Positions 62,699-64,000 of a stretch of 64,000 bases of DNA are shown here, piece after piece. The notes under the pieces were generated by a model, which made no database searches, was not told the origin of the DNA, and worked only from the letters and a program-made list of their open reading frames with translations. The position numbers and the translations under genes were made by a program. How positions within the stretch are numbered: the first letter of the stretch is position 1; every line of letters begins with the position of its first letter. The stretch spans positions 1,712 to 65,711 of the forward strand of contig JACRDS010000143.1 of the NCBI GenBank assembly GCA_016212825.1, read 5' to 3'. The stretch comes from Elusimicrobiota bacterium. Its GTDB lineage: Bacteria > Elusimicrobiota > Elusimicrobia > UBA1565 > UBA9628.

Positions 62699-63718
62699 TT
62701 ACAGCACCGTCTTCATGCGCGAGGGCGGCCAGTAGAGCAACCAGGCGCGGCCCTTGAGATACCTCTCCTCCACCGGGCCCCAGTAGCGCGAGTCGCAGGA
62801 GCGGTCCCGGTTGTCTCCCATCACGAAGAAGCTCCGCTCCGGGACCTTCACCGGGCCGAAGAAGTCCCGAGGCCCGGAGACCGGGGGAGAGAACTCCAGG
62901 GCCCGGTCCAGGTTGTGGGTCTCCCAGTACTTCTGATATTGCTCCGCGGTGAACTCGCGGGCCTTGACCGCCTCGGCCTCCCGGCGGGCGCCGTCCACGT
63001 ACTGGGCGTAGATCTCGTCCGGCACCGGCGCGCCGTTGACCAGGACCCGGCCGCCCTTGACCTGCACGGTGTCCCCGCCCACGCCGACGACCCGCTTGAT
63101 GAAGTCCTTGCCGTACTGGATGGAGCCGCAGTGCAGCTCGCGCGGGTCGTCCACCGGGAAGCGGAACACGACGATGTCCCCGCGCTGCACCCGGCGCAGG
63201 GCCAGGACGCGCTTGCCCGTCAGCGGCACGCGCAGGCCGTAGATGAACTTGTTGACGAAGAGGTGGTCCCCCTCGAGCAGCGTGCTGCGCATCGAGCCGG
63301 AAGGGATCTTGAAGGCCTGGATCACGAAGTACATGAGGACCGAGGCCAGCAGCACCGCCGAGAACACGGTCTCCGCCCACTCCAGGTCCTCGCCGAGGAA
63401 GTAGCGCCGGCCCTCGGGGGCAGCCCCCTTGGCGCGGCCCCGCCAGAAGCCCAGGGCCGCCGCGACCGCCCCGGCCGCCAGGCTGGGGTAGAGCTCGGTG
63501 GCGGAGACCGCCCAGGCCGCGGGGCCTACGAAGCGGGCGCGGCTGTCCAGGGACATCATGATGACCCAGACCGCGGAGAAGGCGGACAGGCCGCAGAAGA
63601 GGCCGTGCCAGAGGCCGGTCTTGGCCGCGGTGTCCAGGGCCCCCTCCGCGCTGAAGCGCTTGCTCAGCCAGGCGAAGGCGCCCATGGCCAGTCCCACGAA
63701 AAACAGTCGTTCTTCCAT
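62699..63718 (-). CDS. lepB: signal peptidase I with an extended multi-TM N-terminus
   Basis: 339 aa. IPSGSMRSTL (Ser box), GDIVVFRFP, KRVVGVGGD (Lys box), GDNRDRSCDSRYWG. Confidence 0.92.
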   Translation of the reverse strand: MEERLFFVGLAMGAFAWLSKRFSAEGALDTAAKTGLWHGLFCGLSAFSAVWVIMMSLDSRARFVGPAAWAVSATELYPSLAAGAVAAALGFWRGRAKGAAPEGRRYFLGEDLEWAETVFSAVLLASVLMYFVIQAFKIPSGSMRSTLLEGDHLFVNKFIYGLRVPLTGKRVLALRRVQRGDIVVFRFPVDDPRELHCGSIQYGKDFIKRVVGVGGDTVQVKGGRVLVNGAPVPDEIYAQYVDGARREAEAVKAREFTAEQYQKYWETHNLDRALEFSPPVSGPRDFFGPVKVPERSFFVMGDNRDRSCDSRYWGPVEERYLKGRAWLLYWPPSRMKTVL

Positions 63719-63732
63719 TCAGGCCATCCTTT

Positions 63733-64000
63733 TCATTTTTTCTCGTCGTCGAGGCGCAGCACCGCCAGGAAGGCCTCCTGCGGCAGCTCCACGGCGCCGA
63801 ACTGCTTGGCGCGCTTCTTGCCTTCCTTCTGCTTCTCCAGCAGCTTGCGCTTGCGCGTGATGTCGCCCCCGTAGCACTTGGCGATGACGTCCTTGCGCTT
63901 GGCGCCCAGGGTCTCGCGGGCGATGATGTGGTTGTTGATGCGGGCCTGGATGGCCACCTCGAAGTTCTGCCGGTGGATGAGCTCCTTGAGCTTGGCGCAC
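63733..64000 (-). CDS. lepA: elongation factor 4, C-terminal part (gene runs off the window end)
   Basis: ...[44 protein letters not shown] is the conserved LepA C-terminus. Confidence 0.9.
   Translation of the reverse strand, partial: CAKLKELIHRQNFEVAIQARINNHIIARETLGAKRKDVIAKCYGGDITRKRKLLEKQKEGKKRAKQFGAVELPQEAFLAVLRLDDEKK

Overview
Very GC-rich, extremely gene-dense chromosomal segment from a diderm bacterium; I cannot assign the lineage from sequence alone. I call about 68 CDS. I found no rRNA, tRNA, CRISPR array, transposase or phage genes. Intergenic DNA is almost absent: many neighbouring genes overlap by 4 nt (ATGA, GTGA or TTGA), so most of the window is organised as long, translationally coupled operons.

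Core content: an F-type ATP synthase operon (atpZ/I-B-E-F-H-A ... G) with two foreign genes inserted between atpA and atpG; recA-xerD; queE and queC; pepF; odc-hss (homospermidine); metH; coaD; nfeD; lepB-lepA.

Regions that look accessory:
1. 35920-44849: an operon behind a textbook, apparently leaderless sigma70 promoter. It encodes a secreted FecR-domain protein, a ~1700-aa beta-propeller/Ig-repeat protein with a T9SS-type C-terminal domain, a PorV-like barrel and an unassigned barrel.
2. 15350-19756: ECF sigma, anti-sigma-like protein, a (STN/N0)x2-CpaB-like protein, a CpaB-like paralog and a TPR lipoprotein.
3. 25253-28574: a second ECF sigma operon.
4. 5950-8380: four receiver-domain proteins with no kinase, including a GGDDF-variant GGDEF protein and a tandem CheY duplication.
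5. 12897-15286: an sxtI/J/K-like carbamoyltransferase cassette.
6. 52445-55322: a HEAT-repeat protein plus two FGE-like proteins that lack the catalytic cysteines, translationally coupled to metH.

A recurrent -10-like hexamer lies 6-9 nt upstream of operon-head start codons, which suggests widespread leaderless transcription. All functional calls are motif-level recognition by eye from the translations. No database search was run.
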